A DNA stretch of 64,000 nt from Acidobacteriota bacterium (lineage in GTDB: Bacteria; Acidobacteriota; UBA6911; RPQK01; JAJDTT01): assembly GCA_965217775.1 (NCBI GenBank), contig CBDCJH010000002.1:5920001-5984000 (forward strand), read 5' to 3'. Positions 1-9,345 of this stretch are shown one piece after another. A program made the position numbers and the translations under genes. How positions within the stretch are numbered: the stretch's first letter is position 1; each line of letters opens with the position of its first letter. The notes below the pieces were generated by a model. The model did not search any database, was not told the DNA's origin, and saw only the letters and a program-made list of their open reading frames with translations.

Positions 1-68
1 CCGGCCAAGGCCACCACGCCCACCGCGGGAACCAGTTCTCCAGGAGAAAGAAAGTTCGCAAAGACCAT
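1..68 (-). CDS. N-terminus of a probable membrane protein running off the left edge (partial)
   Basis: ATG at 68 (minus) preceded by AAGGTGGG; reads MVFANFLSPGELVPAVGVVALA, hydrophobic; co-oriented downstream of pth. Confidence 0.45.
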   Translation of the reverse strand, partial: MVFANFLSPGELVPAVGVVALA

Positions 69-98
69 CGAAAACCCACCTTTCAGTTCAGTGGTTAG

Positions 99-228
99 CC
101 CGCATTTCTCACCAGCGAGCGCGCGCCCAGCGCAGTCTGTCCCGGAGAAACCTTGGCAAAATTCGCGTAAACGCTCAAAAACAGATTATTTTTCATCACA
201 CGCGTAGCGACCTGGTGAGAAATGCGGG
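99..228. mobile_element. MITE-like element family A, complete copy (130 bp)
   Basis: Perfect 17-bp TIR CCCGCATTTCTCACCAG (99-115) / CTGGTGAGAAATGCGGG (212-228), flanked by TTAG at 95-98 and 229-232; related copy at 3498-3607. Confidence 0.85.
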
Positions 229-807
229 TTAGAGATCTTCGTATCTCCAACCATTGACCAAGTCCATGGCCCGCAAACAACCCTGGGTCAAAATCGTATC
301 GACACCCAGGACCGCACGGTCCAATACGGAGTCCAGTACCAGACGCTCATCTCCGGAGAAGGGGGAAAGCAGATAGTCGGTCAGATCGCCTTTCACCGAG
401 TCGCCGCCCACTCCGATTCGCAACCGGGGAATCTGTTTCGTTCCCACCATTCGAATGATCGATTCCATGCCCTTCTGTCCACCCGAACTGCCGGAACGCC
501 GGACTCGCAATCGTCCCAACGGCAGCTGAACCTCGTCGTAGACCACCAGGAGCTCCTCAGGATCGACGCCATATTGAACAAGGAGCGAGCGAACCGCCAC
601 CCCACTGAGATTCATGTAGGTTTGCGGTTTTGCCAGAATCAGGGATCCGCTCTCGCGCTCGACCCGGCAGACTCGAGACTGGCCGGCGGCGGGACCGAAC
701 CGGGCGGCGCTCAAATCCGCCAAGCGGTCGACCAGCATGAACCCCGCGTTGTGTCGGGTCGCTGCGTACCGGCGGCCCGGGTTGCCCAGCCCAACGACCA
801 GAAACAC
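229..807 (-). CDS. pth: Peptidyl-tRNA hydrolase
   Basis: Motifs VVGLGNPG, TRHNAGF, KPQTYMNLSG, RLRIGVG; follows rplY in the conserved prs-rplY-pth order. Confidence 0.97.
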   Translation of the reverse strand: MFLVVGLGNPGRRYAATRHNAGFMLVDRLADLSAARFGPAAGQSRVCRVERESGSLILAKPQTYMNLSGVAVRSLLVQYGVDPEELLVVYDEVQLPLGRLRVRRSGSSGGQKGMESIIRMVGTKQIPRLRIGVGGDSVKGDLTDYLLSPFSGDERLVLDSVLDRAVLGVDTILTQGCLRAMDLVNGWRYEDL

Positions 808-812
808 CAGAG

Positions 813-1469
813 CTACTCCGCGGGTTGGCTTCCTTCCAACTGACCTTCTCCCGCGATTTCCGGTTCAGCGGTTTCGTCTTCCGGCATGATCTCATCGTCA
901 GCCGTCTCGACCGATGGAGCCGCTATCGTCAGGACGGTCAGGTCCGGGTCGGAGAGGATTTTCACCTTGTCCGCATCCACGTCCAGTTGCTCCACCCGTA
1001 CCGAGTCTCCGATCTGCAGATCGGTCACATCGGCACGAATGTGATCGGGCAAGTTCCCGGGGAGACACTCCAGATGGATCTCGCGCACTACCAAATCCAG
1101 AATGCCCCCATGCATCGTCACACCGGCCGCCGTGCCCACGATCTCCACGGGGACGTCAAAGACCATGGTCCGGTCCATGGATACGGCCATGAAATCGGCG
1201 TGGAGGAACTCTTCCCCCACCGGATCACGCTGGTGCGCTCGAATCAGGACAACTCTCTCCTGGTCCTGGTACTTCAACTTGAAAATCGTGTTGCGGCCGG
1301 TATCGGAAAGCAGGATCCGGTCCAGGTCTTTGGGATCGACGGAGACGGCAACCGGCTCCATATTGCGACCGTAGACGATTCCAGGTACCCGCCCCGCGGC
1401 ACGGAGCCTCCGGTTGGCGTTCTTCCCGAACTCTTGGCGTATCTGCGACTCCACCGTCAATCGAGGCAT
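813..1469 (-). CDS. rplY: 50S ribosomal protein L25 / general stress protein Ctc
   Basis: GKNANRRLR...VPGIVYG, HADF, LPDHI...L.IGDSV; start placed at ATG 1469 behind a GGAGGA RBS. Confidence 0.95.
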   Translation of the reverse strand: MPRLTVESQIRQEFGKNANRRLRAAGRVPGIVYGRNMEPVAVSVDPKDLDRILLSDTGRNTIFKLKYQDQERVVLIRAHQRDPVGEEFLHADFMAVSMDRTMVFDVPVEIVGTAAGVTMHGGILDLVVREIHLECLPGNLPDHIRADVTDLQIGDSVRVEQLDVDADKVKILSDPDLTVLTIAAPSVETADDEIMPEDETAEPEIAGEGQLEGSQPAE

Positions 1470-1549
1470 TTCCTCCAACTCCTCATTCCTGTGTTCGAAC
1501 CGCCCTGAGAAAACGGGCAACTCGCGCAACTCGGTTTTCGCATTCAGGA

Positions 1550-2491
1550 TCAGCTGACAAACAGCCGGCTGACCGAGGTTTCCTCGTGGATCGACCGTAT
1601 CGCCTCGCCCAACAGACCGGCGACGCTCAAGGTTTGAATCTTGGGAATCCGCTTTTCCGGACTGATCCACACCGTGTTGGTGACGACAATTCCTTCGAAG
1701 TGCGATTCGCGAAGGCGTTTCACGGCCGGCCCCGAAAGGACGGCGTGGGTGGCGGCGGCGAAGAGCCTCCGGGCTCCCTGCTTCCTCAGGGCGTCCGTGG
1801 CCTGAACCAGCGTCCCCGCCGTGTCGACCATGTCATCGATGATGACCACGTCCCGCCCGTCTACATCGCCGACGATGCGCATGACCTCAGCCGTGTTCAC
1901 CCCGACCCGGCGCTTGTCGATGACGGCCAGATTAGCTCCCATTCTCCGGGCGTAGAACCGGGCCCGCTCCACGCCTCCCGCGTCGGGTGAAACCACCGTG
2001 GGCCGGATCAACGACATCTTGTTCTTCAAATGGGAGAGGATGACCGGAGTGGCGAAGAGATGGTCCACCGGGATGTTGAAAAACCCCTGGATCTGCCCCA
2101 CGTGCAGGTCCATGGAAAGGAGTCGGTGGGTCCCGGCCGCCGTCAGCAGGTCTGCCACCAGCTTGGCCGAGATGGGCACTCGGGGTTTATCCTTTCGGTC
2201 CTGACGGGCGTAGCCGTAATAGGGAACCACGGCCGTGACTCGCCGTGCCGAAGAACGCCGAAAGGCATCCAGCATGATCAGGAGTTCCATCAGGTTTTCG
2301 CCCACCGGCGGGCAGGTGGGCTGAACCACGAAGACATCCTTTCCTCTCACGTTCTCGAGAATCTGGAAATTGACCTCGCCGTCGCTGAATCGGGTCAGGT
2401 TCGCCCGACCCAGCGGTTCTCCCAAATGGTGGCAGATCTCCTCCGTGAGAGGGGCATTGGCGCTGCCGGTAAAGATCTTCAAACTGGACAT
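1550..2491 (-). CDS. prs: Ribose-phosphate pyrophosphokinase
   Basis: FSDGE, YGYARQDRK, DLHVGQIQGFF, VSPDAGGVERA, DDMVDTAGT. Confidence 0.98.
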   Translation of the reverse strand: MSSLKIFTGSANAPLTEEICHHLGEPLGRANLTRFSDGEVNFQILENVRGKDVFVVQPTCPPVGENLMELLIMLDAFRRSSARRVTAVVPYYGYARQDRKDKPRVPISAKLVADLLTAAGTHRLLSMDLHVGQIQGFFNIPVDHLFATPVILSHLKNKMSLIRPTVVSPDAGGVERARFYARRMGANLAVIDKRRVGVNTAEVMRIVGDVDGRDVVIIDDMVDTAGTLVQATDALRKQGARRLFAAATHAVLSGPAVKRLRESHFEGIVVTNTVWISPEKRIPKIQTLSVAGLLGEAIRSIHEETSVSRLFVS

Positions 2492-2547
2492 GGAATCAAT
2501 CCCGCGCCGACACGCTTCCGGATCCCGTACGATCGGAACCGAAGTGG

Positions 2548-3483
2548 TCAGGCCAGAACGTCGAGCCCCGATTCTCTCAGTAGTTTCCTATAAAGTCTGC
2601 TGGAAAGAGTGGAGCAGAACAACAGTTCTCCGCCTTCCTGACAGGCGGGTGGCTTTTCCCCCCGTTGGCGCCGGTCCCGGCACCCCAAGCCCATGAGCGT
2701 CGAGCCGCTCCCACAAACCATGACTCTCTCGCAACCCGAGGCAATGAGGGCTTTTCTCGCCTCGTCGAGAAAGCCGTAGCGCTGGAACAGCAGCGTTTCG
2801 AAGTCGTTCTCCAGATGGGCCCAATGCAGACCGTCTCTGAAGCGTGAGAAGCGATGGATTGTATTCTTCGTCCAGGACCTTGTCAACCTTTCGCCGCCCT
2901 CCCAGACGCCCCAATTCCGCATGGAATACACCGCCTTCGTGGAGAGACCGCGGCCCGGATAAAGGAGCACGATGTCCACTGAGCGCCTGAGGTCGGGCAA
3001 GGGAGTGATGAGTTCTCCCCTACCTTCTCCCAGAGCGGATCCTCCGCGGAAGAAGAATGCGACGTCGGAACCCAGCTCTGCCGCCAACACAGTCAGTCCG
3101 GAGAGACTGAATCCGCAACCCCACAACTGGTTCAGTCCCAGGAGGGTCACCGCCGCATTCCCGGAACCGCCTCCGAGGCCGGCCCCCAAAGGAATTCTCT
3201 TGGTCAGGGTCAAATCCACTCCGGAGGACACGCCCGCCTTCCGCTTCAGCAGCCGGGCGGCGCGGTACACCAGGTTCCCGGGTCCGGCCGGTGCGGCCCG
3301 GCCACGAACCTGAATCCGAATTTCCGGATCTGCCGTGACCCGCAGGATCAGCTCGTCCTTCAGGTCCAGCATCTGGAAGACGGTTCGCAACTCATGGAAC
3401 CCGTCCTCCCGAAGGCCCAGAATCTTCAGGATCCAGTTGGTCTTGGCAAAGGAGGGGAGAGCAAGTGAAGACAACGCAACCAA
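2548..3483 (-). CDS. ispE: 4-diphosphocytidyl-2-C-methyl-D-erythritol kinase
   Basis: AKTN.ILKILG.REDGFHEL.T, KRIPLGAGLGGGSGNAA, LGSDVAFF, NDFE, GSGST; upstream of prs; exact start uncertain. Confidence 0.93.
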   Translation of the reverse strand: MVALSSLALPSFAKTNWILKILGLREDGFHELRTVFQMLDLKDELILRVTADPEIRIQVRGRAAPAGPGNLVYRAARLLKRKAGVSSGVDLTLTKRIPLGAGLGGGSGNAAVTLLGLNQLWGCGFSLSGLTVLAAELGSDVAFFFRGGSALGEGRGELITPLPDLRRSVDIVLLYPGRGLSTKAVYSMRNWGVWEGGERLTRSWTKNTIHRFSRFRDGLHWAHLENDFETLLFQRYGFLDEARKALIASGCERVMVCGSGSTLMGLGCRDRRQRGEKPPACQEGGELLFCSTLSSRLYRKLLRESGLDVLA

Positions 3484-3497
3484 TCAGACCATGGAAT

Positions 3498-3607
3498 GAG
3501 CGCGCCCAGCGCAGTCAGTCGCCGACAGACCTTGGAAATAGCCGAGTAAATGATGAAAAACAAACGCTTTTTCATCATAAGCATAGCGGCCTGGTGAGAA
3601 ATTCGGG
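3498..3607. mobile_element. MITE family A, truncated copy lacking one TIR
   Basis: Shares GCGCGCCCAGCGCAGTC, ACCTTGG, TTTTTCATCA and the end CTGGTGAGAAATTCGGG (3591-3607) with 99-228. Confidence 0.75.
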
Positions 3608-3638
3608 CTGGTGGATTTCCCGCGACGGCTGCCGCAGA

Positions 3639-5561
3639 TCACGGGGCTTTTGACGAGAGGCGCTGCTTCAGGTCAGCCACCTTCCGTTGCAGTCTTTGGA
3701 ATTCCTCGTCGGTGGCCACGCGCACGCCCCGCTCGTAATACTGAAGTGCGGTCTTGGGCTGACCGAGCTCGATGTACAGATCTCCCAGATGATCGAAGAT
3801 CGTCGGGTCCTCGATCAGCCGAGCCGCCCGTTTCAGATTGACCTCGGCCTCATCGAGGCGATCCAGCTTGAAGTAGACCCATCCCAGGCTGTCCAGATAG
3901 GCTCCGTTGTACGGATCCATTTCCGTCGCTTTTCTGATGTAGGCCAACGCTTCGTGGAGACGGATTCCCCGGTCCGCCCACATGTAGCCCAGATAGTTGA
4001 GGACGCCGGCGTGGTCCGGGTTGGACTCCAGAATCCTCTTGAATTCGGCTTCGGCATCAGGAAGCTTCTCCTGTCTTTCGTAGACGGACGCGAGGCGAAA
4101 CTTGAGGGGTTCACTCTCCGGCTTGAGACCGAGTCCTTCCTTGATGGCTTTTTCGGCTTTCCCGTAATTCTTGTGGTCCATGTAGAGTTGGCTGATGATG
4201 CGGTAATACGTCTCGGGATCCTGCTCACGGGGGAGCCGGCTTTGCACGAGATCCACCCCTTCCGACAGCCGGCCGCTTGCCGAGAGCATCTGGGCTCGCG
4301 TCGCAAGGGCGTCCGGGTCGCGCGGATGGTCCTGGAGCAACTCCCCGGCCAGGGAAAGTGCCTCATCCAGCTTTCCCGCATCCTTCAAGGCGTAGATGAG
4401 CATGGCCTTGTGACGGGGGTCGCCGGGTCGGCCCGCCAGCAACTCACGAAAAAGCCGAATGGCATCCTGGTACTGGCGTGATTCCTGGTGGACGTGGGCC
4501 AGCGTGGTTTGGACCTGCTCTCGAAACTCCCACTCTTCCTTCGACTTCGGGTTGTCCAGATCGGCAAGCAGGCGCTGCAACCGCCCGATGGCGCCCTCCC
4601 GTTCACCTCGAACGGCCTCGAGTCGAGACAACTCCAGGTTCGCCTGCATCTGCTTAGGATTGCTTTCCAGGATCCGGCTGAACAGCTCCGTGGCCTCTTC
4701 GTACTCGCGGGCCCGCATCAGCGCCCGGCCCAATTCAACCACCAACGCCGGATCCTGCGGATTCTGTGCCGTTCCCTTCCGCAGCAGATCGACAGCTTGG
4801 CCGTGACGGCCGTGTTGCCCCAGGAGCCTTGCAGTGTGCATCTGGAGTTGGGGGTCCGCCAGGAGCTGAGGGGCCGACAGATAGATCTCCACGGCCCGGT
4901 CCGGCCGTCCGGTCTTTTCGTACAACCGTCCCAGGGAGCGAATGACCTCGTAGTGATGCTTCTGGACGCTCAGCGCCTTTTCCAGCGCCTGGATGGCCCC
5001 AATCGGGTCGCCCAGCCCCTCCAGGGCTCCGGCATGTTGAAAGTGGGCCTCCACCAGACCCGGCCGCAACTCGACCAGACGCGCCAGGACGGGAGCCGCC
5101 TTCCGGTGCTCGCTCCGCCGCAGATGGAGATTCCCCAGTTGATAGAGAGCCTCGGCATGATCCGGATCCAACTCGATGACTCTGTTCAGTTCCGTGATTG
5201 CCTTCTCAGACAGCCTGTTTTGACCGCCGTGGTAGTTGGAATAGAGTTGGCCCAGGAAGTAGTGGGCAGCGACGCTGTTCGGATCCTTCTCGATGGCCTG
5301 TTCGACCTCGCTGACGGCCCGGGAGACCTCGCCTGACCTGACCAGGATGTGGGCAAATTCAATTCGGAGCTGGATGCTGTCCGGATCGAGTTTCAGCGCC
5401 TTCTCGAACTCGGTGATGGAGAGGCCGAAGTCCTTGTTGCCCGAGTGGAGCACACCCAGGACAAAGTGATAGTAGGCCTGGGCCTGACGGTTCGGCGGGG
5501 TCGGGACCGGTTCGACCGCCACAACGGTTCCGAGAATGACTCCGAATACCAATCCGGTCAT
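3639..5561 (-). CDS. Exported tetratricopeptide-repeat protein
   Basis: Signal-like N-terminus, many TPR units, C-terminal LNYLGYMWAD...YLDSLGWVYFK typical of the TPR protein found upstream of ispE; ORF extends to 5627. Confidence 0.9.
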   Translation of the reverse strand: MTGLVFGVILGTVVAVEPVPTPPNRQAQAYYHFVLGVLHSGNKDFGLSITEFEKALKLDPDSIQLRIEFAHILVRSGEVSRAVSEVEQAIEKDPNSVAAHYFLGQLYSNYHGGQNRLSEKAITELNRVIELDPDHAEALYQLGNLHLRRSEHRKAAPVLARLVELRPGLVEAHFQHAGALEGLGDPIGAIQALEKALSVQKHHYEVIRSLGRLYEKTGRPDRAVEIYLSAPQLLADPQLQMHTARLLGQHGRHGQAVDLLRKGTAQNPQDPALVVELGRALMRAREYEEATELFSRILESNPKQMQANLELSRLEAVRGEREGAIGRLQRLLADLDNPKSKEEWEFREQVQTTLAHVHQESRQYQDAIRLFRELLAGRPGDPRHKAMLIYALKDAGKLDEALSLAGELLQDHPRDPDALATRAQMLSASGRLSEGVDLVQSRLPREQDPETYYRIISQLYMDHKNYGKAEKAIKEGLGLKPESEPLKFRLASVYERQEKLPDAEAEFKRILESNPDHAGVLNYLGYMWADRGIRLHEALAYIRKATEMDPYNGAYLDSLGWVYFKLDRLDEAEVNLKRAARLIEDPTIFDHLGDLYIELGQPKTALQYYERGVRVATDEEFQRLQRKVADLKQRLSSKAP

Positions 5562-5633
5562 AACGGCTCGACGGCTAACGGCAAGAAAATTCAGGCCGAT
5601 AGTACCCAACTCCGCGCGGGACGACAACCGTCC

Positions 5634-5710
5634 GGAATGGAAGTGGGAAGCGGGAAGTGAGGAGCGAGAAATGAGAGCGAAGAGTAGAGAAGAGAGAATG
5701 GTGAACTGGG
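5634..5710. repeat. Degenerate purine-rich heptamer tandem repeat
   Basis: GGAATGG AAGTGGG AAGCGGG AAGTGAG GAGCGAG AAATGAG AGCGAAG AGTAGAG AAGAGAG AATGGTG AACTGGG, 7-bp period, intergenic. Confidence 0.6.
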
Positions 5711-5724
5711 AAACGGTTTCGGCG

Positions 5725-8637
5725 TCAATCGATGACCTGCGGAGGGATGATCGATAGCTTTTCGAGATCTTCCGTAAAGATGAGCTCCAACGCCACGATC
5801 GGTTGGTCGGACGACACGGTGATGGAACCGCCGATGGCCGCCGGCAGGCTGGGAAAGATCTCGTGAGCCATCCCGATCTGGCGGTGTCCCCTGTCCAAGG
5901 TCAGGGTCCTTTCCTCTACCAACGGGTTTCCACCGGTGGAGCGGACCGTCAGCTTCACCGTCGCCGTCGGGCCGGGACCGGGATAGAGAAACGCCAGACC
6001 GGTCCTGTACTTCTCGACTCCTCCGTGGGCAACATAGGGTAGAACATACTCCCTGGCCGGCGCCGACACGGCCGGGGTGCTGAGCATGCCCTTTCCGGAA
6101 AAGAGCTGCAATTCGGCACTGCCCACCAGCCCTGGCTGCGAGCCGTCGATCCGAATCCAGCCGGACACCAGCCCTCCCGTGTCCATGAGGTTCGGAAAGA
6201 TGGAGGCCATTTCCATGCGCAGGCCCTCGCCGGGAGCCAGCTCCAGCATCGGCGAAACCTCCACCGATTCCCCTTCATTGTCCATCAGGGAAAGTTGGAC
6301 CGTCATCTCGTCAGTGCCCTGGTGCACCAGGTTGACGTGGGTCTGGCTGCCTCCGAAGGTCACCGCCTGCGGCAGGTAGAGAGTCTCGGCCGGGACGACT
6401 CCCGGGGCTTCCACCACCAGTCCGTCCACCATGGCCATGCGCTCCTCATCGTACCAACGCTGGTAGGCCATGATCCCCTGCTCGCTCTCGACCGTGATGT
6501 AGGAGCCATCGTAGCCGTTGCTGGTCAAGGGCCGGCAGGTCGCCTGTTCAGGGTCCTCACAAGCGGCCAGACTGTCTTCGGCGCAGGGCTCCCCGTTGTC
6601 CGAGCAGGTTCCGCGCTGACAGAAGAAGTCGTCCAGGAAGATCCCGCCGGTGGTAAAGCATTCGAAGGCGAGTCCTTGAAAGAAACCGATCTCGGCTCCC
6701 AGAGGTCCCCGCAACACCAGGCCGCCGAGGGTGTCCCGGGTATCTTCGAGAACCAGATCTCCCTCGGCCGTGTAGAGGCGCACGGAGATCTCCGTGTTGT
6801 TGGAGTTGGGATTGAGCACGAAAAGCTCAGTGGTAAAGCCGTCCTTGACCCGGACTTCGGGCAGGACGACTTTCTGCGCCGTCGTGGAGTACAAGGAGGC
6901 TGCATCCAGACGGCGCCGTTCCCCGCGGTCCCCGACCCTGAAGAACCCCTGGGCCTGGGCCTGGTCATCGTCCAGCAGCATCCACCCTTCCATGAACTGA
7001 TTGCGGTCGGCGCTGACCACTTCCCGAACCGTGGTGGACAACTGTCCCCGGGGAACGATGGTCAGGTTGGTGGGATTCTCTCCGAACTCCACGATGTCTT
7101 CCGTATCGTTCAAATCCTGAAATCGGATCCCCCCCACGTTGACTCCCCGGGCCATGATGTCGCTGGTCCGGGAAGAGAGGTTGGTCAGGTTCACCGCGGT
7201 AAACCATTCCTGAGAACTCAACAGGTAGGGGAGGAACAGCCGGCGGCTGGGGCGCAACAGTTCGATGGTGCCGAGGTTGAAGTTCACCGCTGTGATCGCC
7301 TCCCCGTCGGGACTCACGGCCACGTCCAGAGGCGCTCCGGGAACCTGGGGACGGAGGTCCTCGCTGGCGCCCCGCAACTTCTGTCCCACCAATACGGGTT
7401 GCAGGAGTTCGCCCGTATTCAGCTTGAACTGCAGGAGGACGTCGTCCATGGGAGCACCCAGCATCATGGTGGTTCCGTCCAGGAAGACGGGACGGCTGGA
7501 GTCGCGGAAATCGGATGTCCGGGGCTGGAAGGTGACGACTTCCAGGCTGTCCGCATCGATGGTCCCGTTCTCATCGGGGACGGGAATCGGAACCAGTTCC
7601 AAGTTCAGATTGCTCAGCGCCACGAACCACTTGCCGTCCGGCGTCGGCACGATTTCGACCGGGACGCCGCCCACCTCGAAGATCTTCACCACCTGTCCCG
7701 TCTGGATGTCGAACAGAGTGGCCCGATCCCTCCCCAACTCGGCGAGGGTCTGCAGGGCCCCCAGTTGCCGGTCCGCCACCAGCCCGTACCGGCCGTCCGG
7801 AGAGATGGCGGCTCCCGCACCCACCTCGAAATCATGGGGAGGCACTTGCTGTTCCGGATCCGGAATGATGGTCGTCACCGGAGAGAAGGAAGCGGTGTCC
7901 ACAATGGTAATGGCGTCCCTTTCTTCCGCGGGAGTCAGCAGGGTCGACCCGACCGTGATGACGAAGAACCGGCTCCCATCGGGAGTCATACGGAGGGTCG
8001 TGGGCCGGGTTCCGCCCGGCATCTGGAGTCTGGGTTCCACTTCCTGGAGGGTCGTGGTGTCGAAGCGCAGGATCTCGTCGGTCCCGGACGAGGCCACGAT
8101 GCCCATGCCCCCGTCTCCGGAGAAGACCATGTTGTTGGCGACGGAGAAGAAAGCCTCCATCGCCAGGATCCGGACCTCCAAGGTGTCCACGTCGATGGCC
8201 GCGATCGCACCCTGAACTGGCTGCGTCTCTTCCTGGGAGGCGTCGGCCCTGAAGGCGTCGGCCCGGCCATTTTCGTTGATGAACGCGCACAAGACCGCGA
8301 CCCGGTTCCCGCCGGGCATGAGGGCGATATGGCCCGGGCTCTCGGGAACGTCCACGATGCCCAGGATGTCGCCGGTCTTGGGATTGAAGGCCAGGACCTT
8401 GTCCGAGAAGGTGTAGCTGACGAAGGCCTTGCTCGAGTCGGGAGTGAAGACCACATTGGGAGAGTAATTGAGATCGCTCTGGCCGGCCCCAAGTATCAGG
8501 GGCACTTCGTTGGGATCCATATGCAGCTCGTCCTCGGGCTGGCTGGGATCCAGCGTCATGAATACGCGCTGGCCGCGGAGTGCCGATCCCCCCAGGCTCA
8601 GCAAGACGAACAGAAGAATCACAAGCTGGCGGCGCAT
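5725..8637 (-). CDS. Large secreted protein: YVTN/YncE-like beta-propeller plus four repeated beta-sandwich-like modules
   Basis: Signal peptide MRRQLVILLFVLLSLGG; propeller blade motifs FTPDS, MTPDG, ISPDG, VSPDG; repeated L.LP...G..T.L.L.N modules. Confidence 0.75.
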   Translation of the reverse strand: MRRQLVILLFVLLSLGGSALRGQRVFMTLDPSQPEDELHMDPNEVPLILGAGQSDLNYSPNVVFTPDSSKAFVSYTFSDKVLAFNPKTGDILGIVDVPESPGHIALMPGGNRVAVLCAFINENGRADAFRADASQEETQPVQGAIAAIDVDTLEVRILAMEAFFSVANNMVFSGDGGMGIVASSGTDEILRFDTTTLQEVEPRLQMPGGTRPTTLRMTPDGSRFFVITVGSTLLTPAEERDAITIVDTASFSPVTTIIPDPEQQVPPHDFEVGAGAAISPDGRYGLVADRQLGALQTLAELGRDRATLFDIQTGQVVKIFEVGGVPVEIVPTPDGKWFVALSNLNLELVPIPVPDENGTIDADSLEVVTFQPRTSDFRDSSRPVFLDGTTMMLGAPMDDVLLQFKLNTGELLQPVLVGQKLRGASEDLRPQVPGAPLDVAVSPDGEAITAVNFNLGTIELLRPSRRLFLPYLLSSQEWFTAVNLTNLSSRTSDIMARGVNVGGIRFQDLNDTEDIVEFGENPTNLTIVPRGQLSTTVREVVSADRNQFMEGWMLLDDDQAQAQGFFRVGDRGERRRLDAASLYSTTAQKVVLPEVRVKDGFTTELFVLNPNSNNTEISVRLYTAEGDLVLEDTRDTLGGLVLRGPLGAEIGFFQGLAFECFTTGGIFLDDFFCQRGTCSDNGEPCAEDSLAACEDPEQATCRPLTSNGYDGSYITVESEQGIMAYQRWYDEERMAMVDGLVVEAPGVVPAETLYLPQAVTFGGSQTHVNLVHQGTDEMTVQLSLMDNEGESVEVSPMLELAPGEGLRMEMASIFPNLMDTGGLVSGWIRIDGSQPGLVGSAELQLFSGKGMLSTPAVSAPAREYVLPYVAHGGVEKYRTGLAFLYPGPGPTATVKLTVRSTGGNPLVEERTLTLDRGHRQIGMAHEIFPSLPAAIGGSITVSSDQPIVALELIFTEDLEKLSIIPPQVID

Positions 8638-8693
8638 CACTGGACCTTCATGATATTCCGGCCGGAACCGGCCGCTCAATCCATAGACCCGAC

Positions 8694-9002
8694 TCAAGTG
8701 GAGCGATCTCCCGACCGGGAATGGAGCACCCGGAAATCCAGACTTCGGACCAGGGCCCGGTCCCAGAACCGGTTGACCTTAGATATCAGGGCCGGAGTCA
8801 TTCCCCGGAGTATCCCCTCCCATTCGGAGTCAGGTACTCCGATCTCCAGGATGCGGCCTCGGAGACGCAGAGGATCCGTCGATGCGGCCAACGGCGCCCC
8901 GACGATCCGAGGCCAGAACTCACGCAGGAAGATCACGGCCACTTGCTCGTCCCGAACGATCTCCCGCAGCCAGGGCAGAAAGAGAGATCCGACCGTTCTC
9001 AT
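8694..9002 (-). CDS. DciA / DUF721 family protein
   Basis: WPRIVG..LA..T.PLRL.G.IL.IGV....W...L......LI.KVN pattern; ORF extends to 9080. Confidence 0.8.
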   Translation of the reverse strand: MRTVGSLFLPWLREIVRDEQVAVIFLREFWPRIVGAPLAASTDPLRLRGRILEIGVPDSEWEGILRGMTPALISKVNRFWDRALVRSLDFRVLHSRSGDRST

Positions 9003-9141
9003 CGGCGCCGTCCGTCTGCCCCCAGACAAAAGCGGCGCCTTCCGGCTCGGAACTCGATTTCCCGGGTCCGGTTGTCTCATGACCGCACCAGTCTAGCAAA
9101 ATGAACTCGCGCCATGCCCTGATCTTTACGGATCAACCCTG

Positions 9142-9198
9142 GCAGTCCGCCGGGATGCAGACCCGGTCGAATGCCGCGACGACCGTTGCCACGGGCTG
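9142..9198 (-). mobile_element. MITE family B, partial copy (one end)
   Basis: GCAGTCCGCCGGGATGCAG...GGTCGAATGCCGCGACGAC...CACGGGCTG aligns with the corresponding end of the 62144-62303 copy. Confidence 0.7.
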
Positions 9199-9345
9199 TC
9201 AGGCCCGGCCGGACCCCGCCCCGCACCTGGCGTGACCCTGTTGTCGTTCCCGCCACCGGTCTTCGAGTGGTAGGGAGCTTCCGGATCCTCGACTTGACAA
9301 TGGGCGGAAGCCTCCCTTACATATCGACCCGCGCTTCGTTGACAA

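Noticed and set aside
2492-2547. tRNA-Gln often found between ispE and prs
   Set aside because: The gap is only 56 bp and has no cloverleaf or T-loop motif
6295-9096. 933-aa plus-strand ORF
   Set aside because: Antisense shadow of the 5725-8637 gene and dciA; no motifs; expected in high-GC DNA
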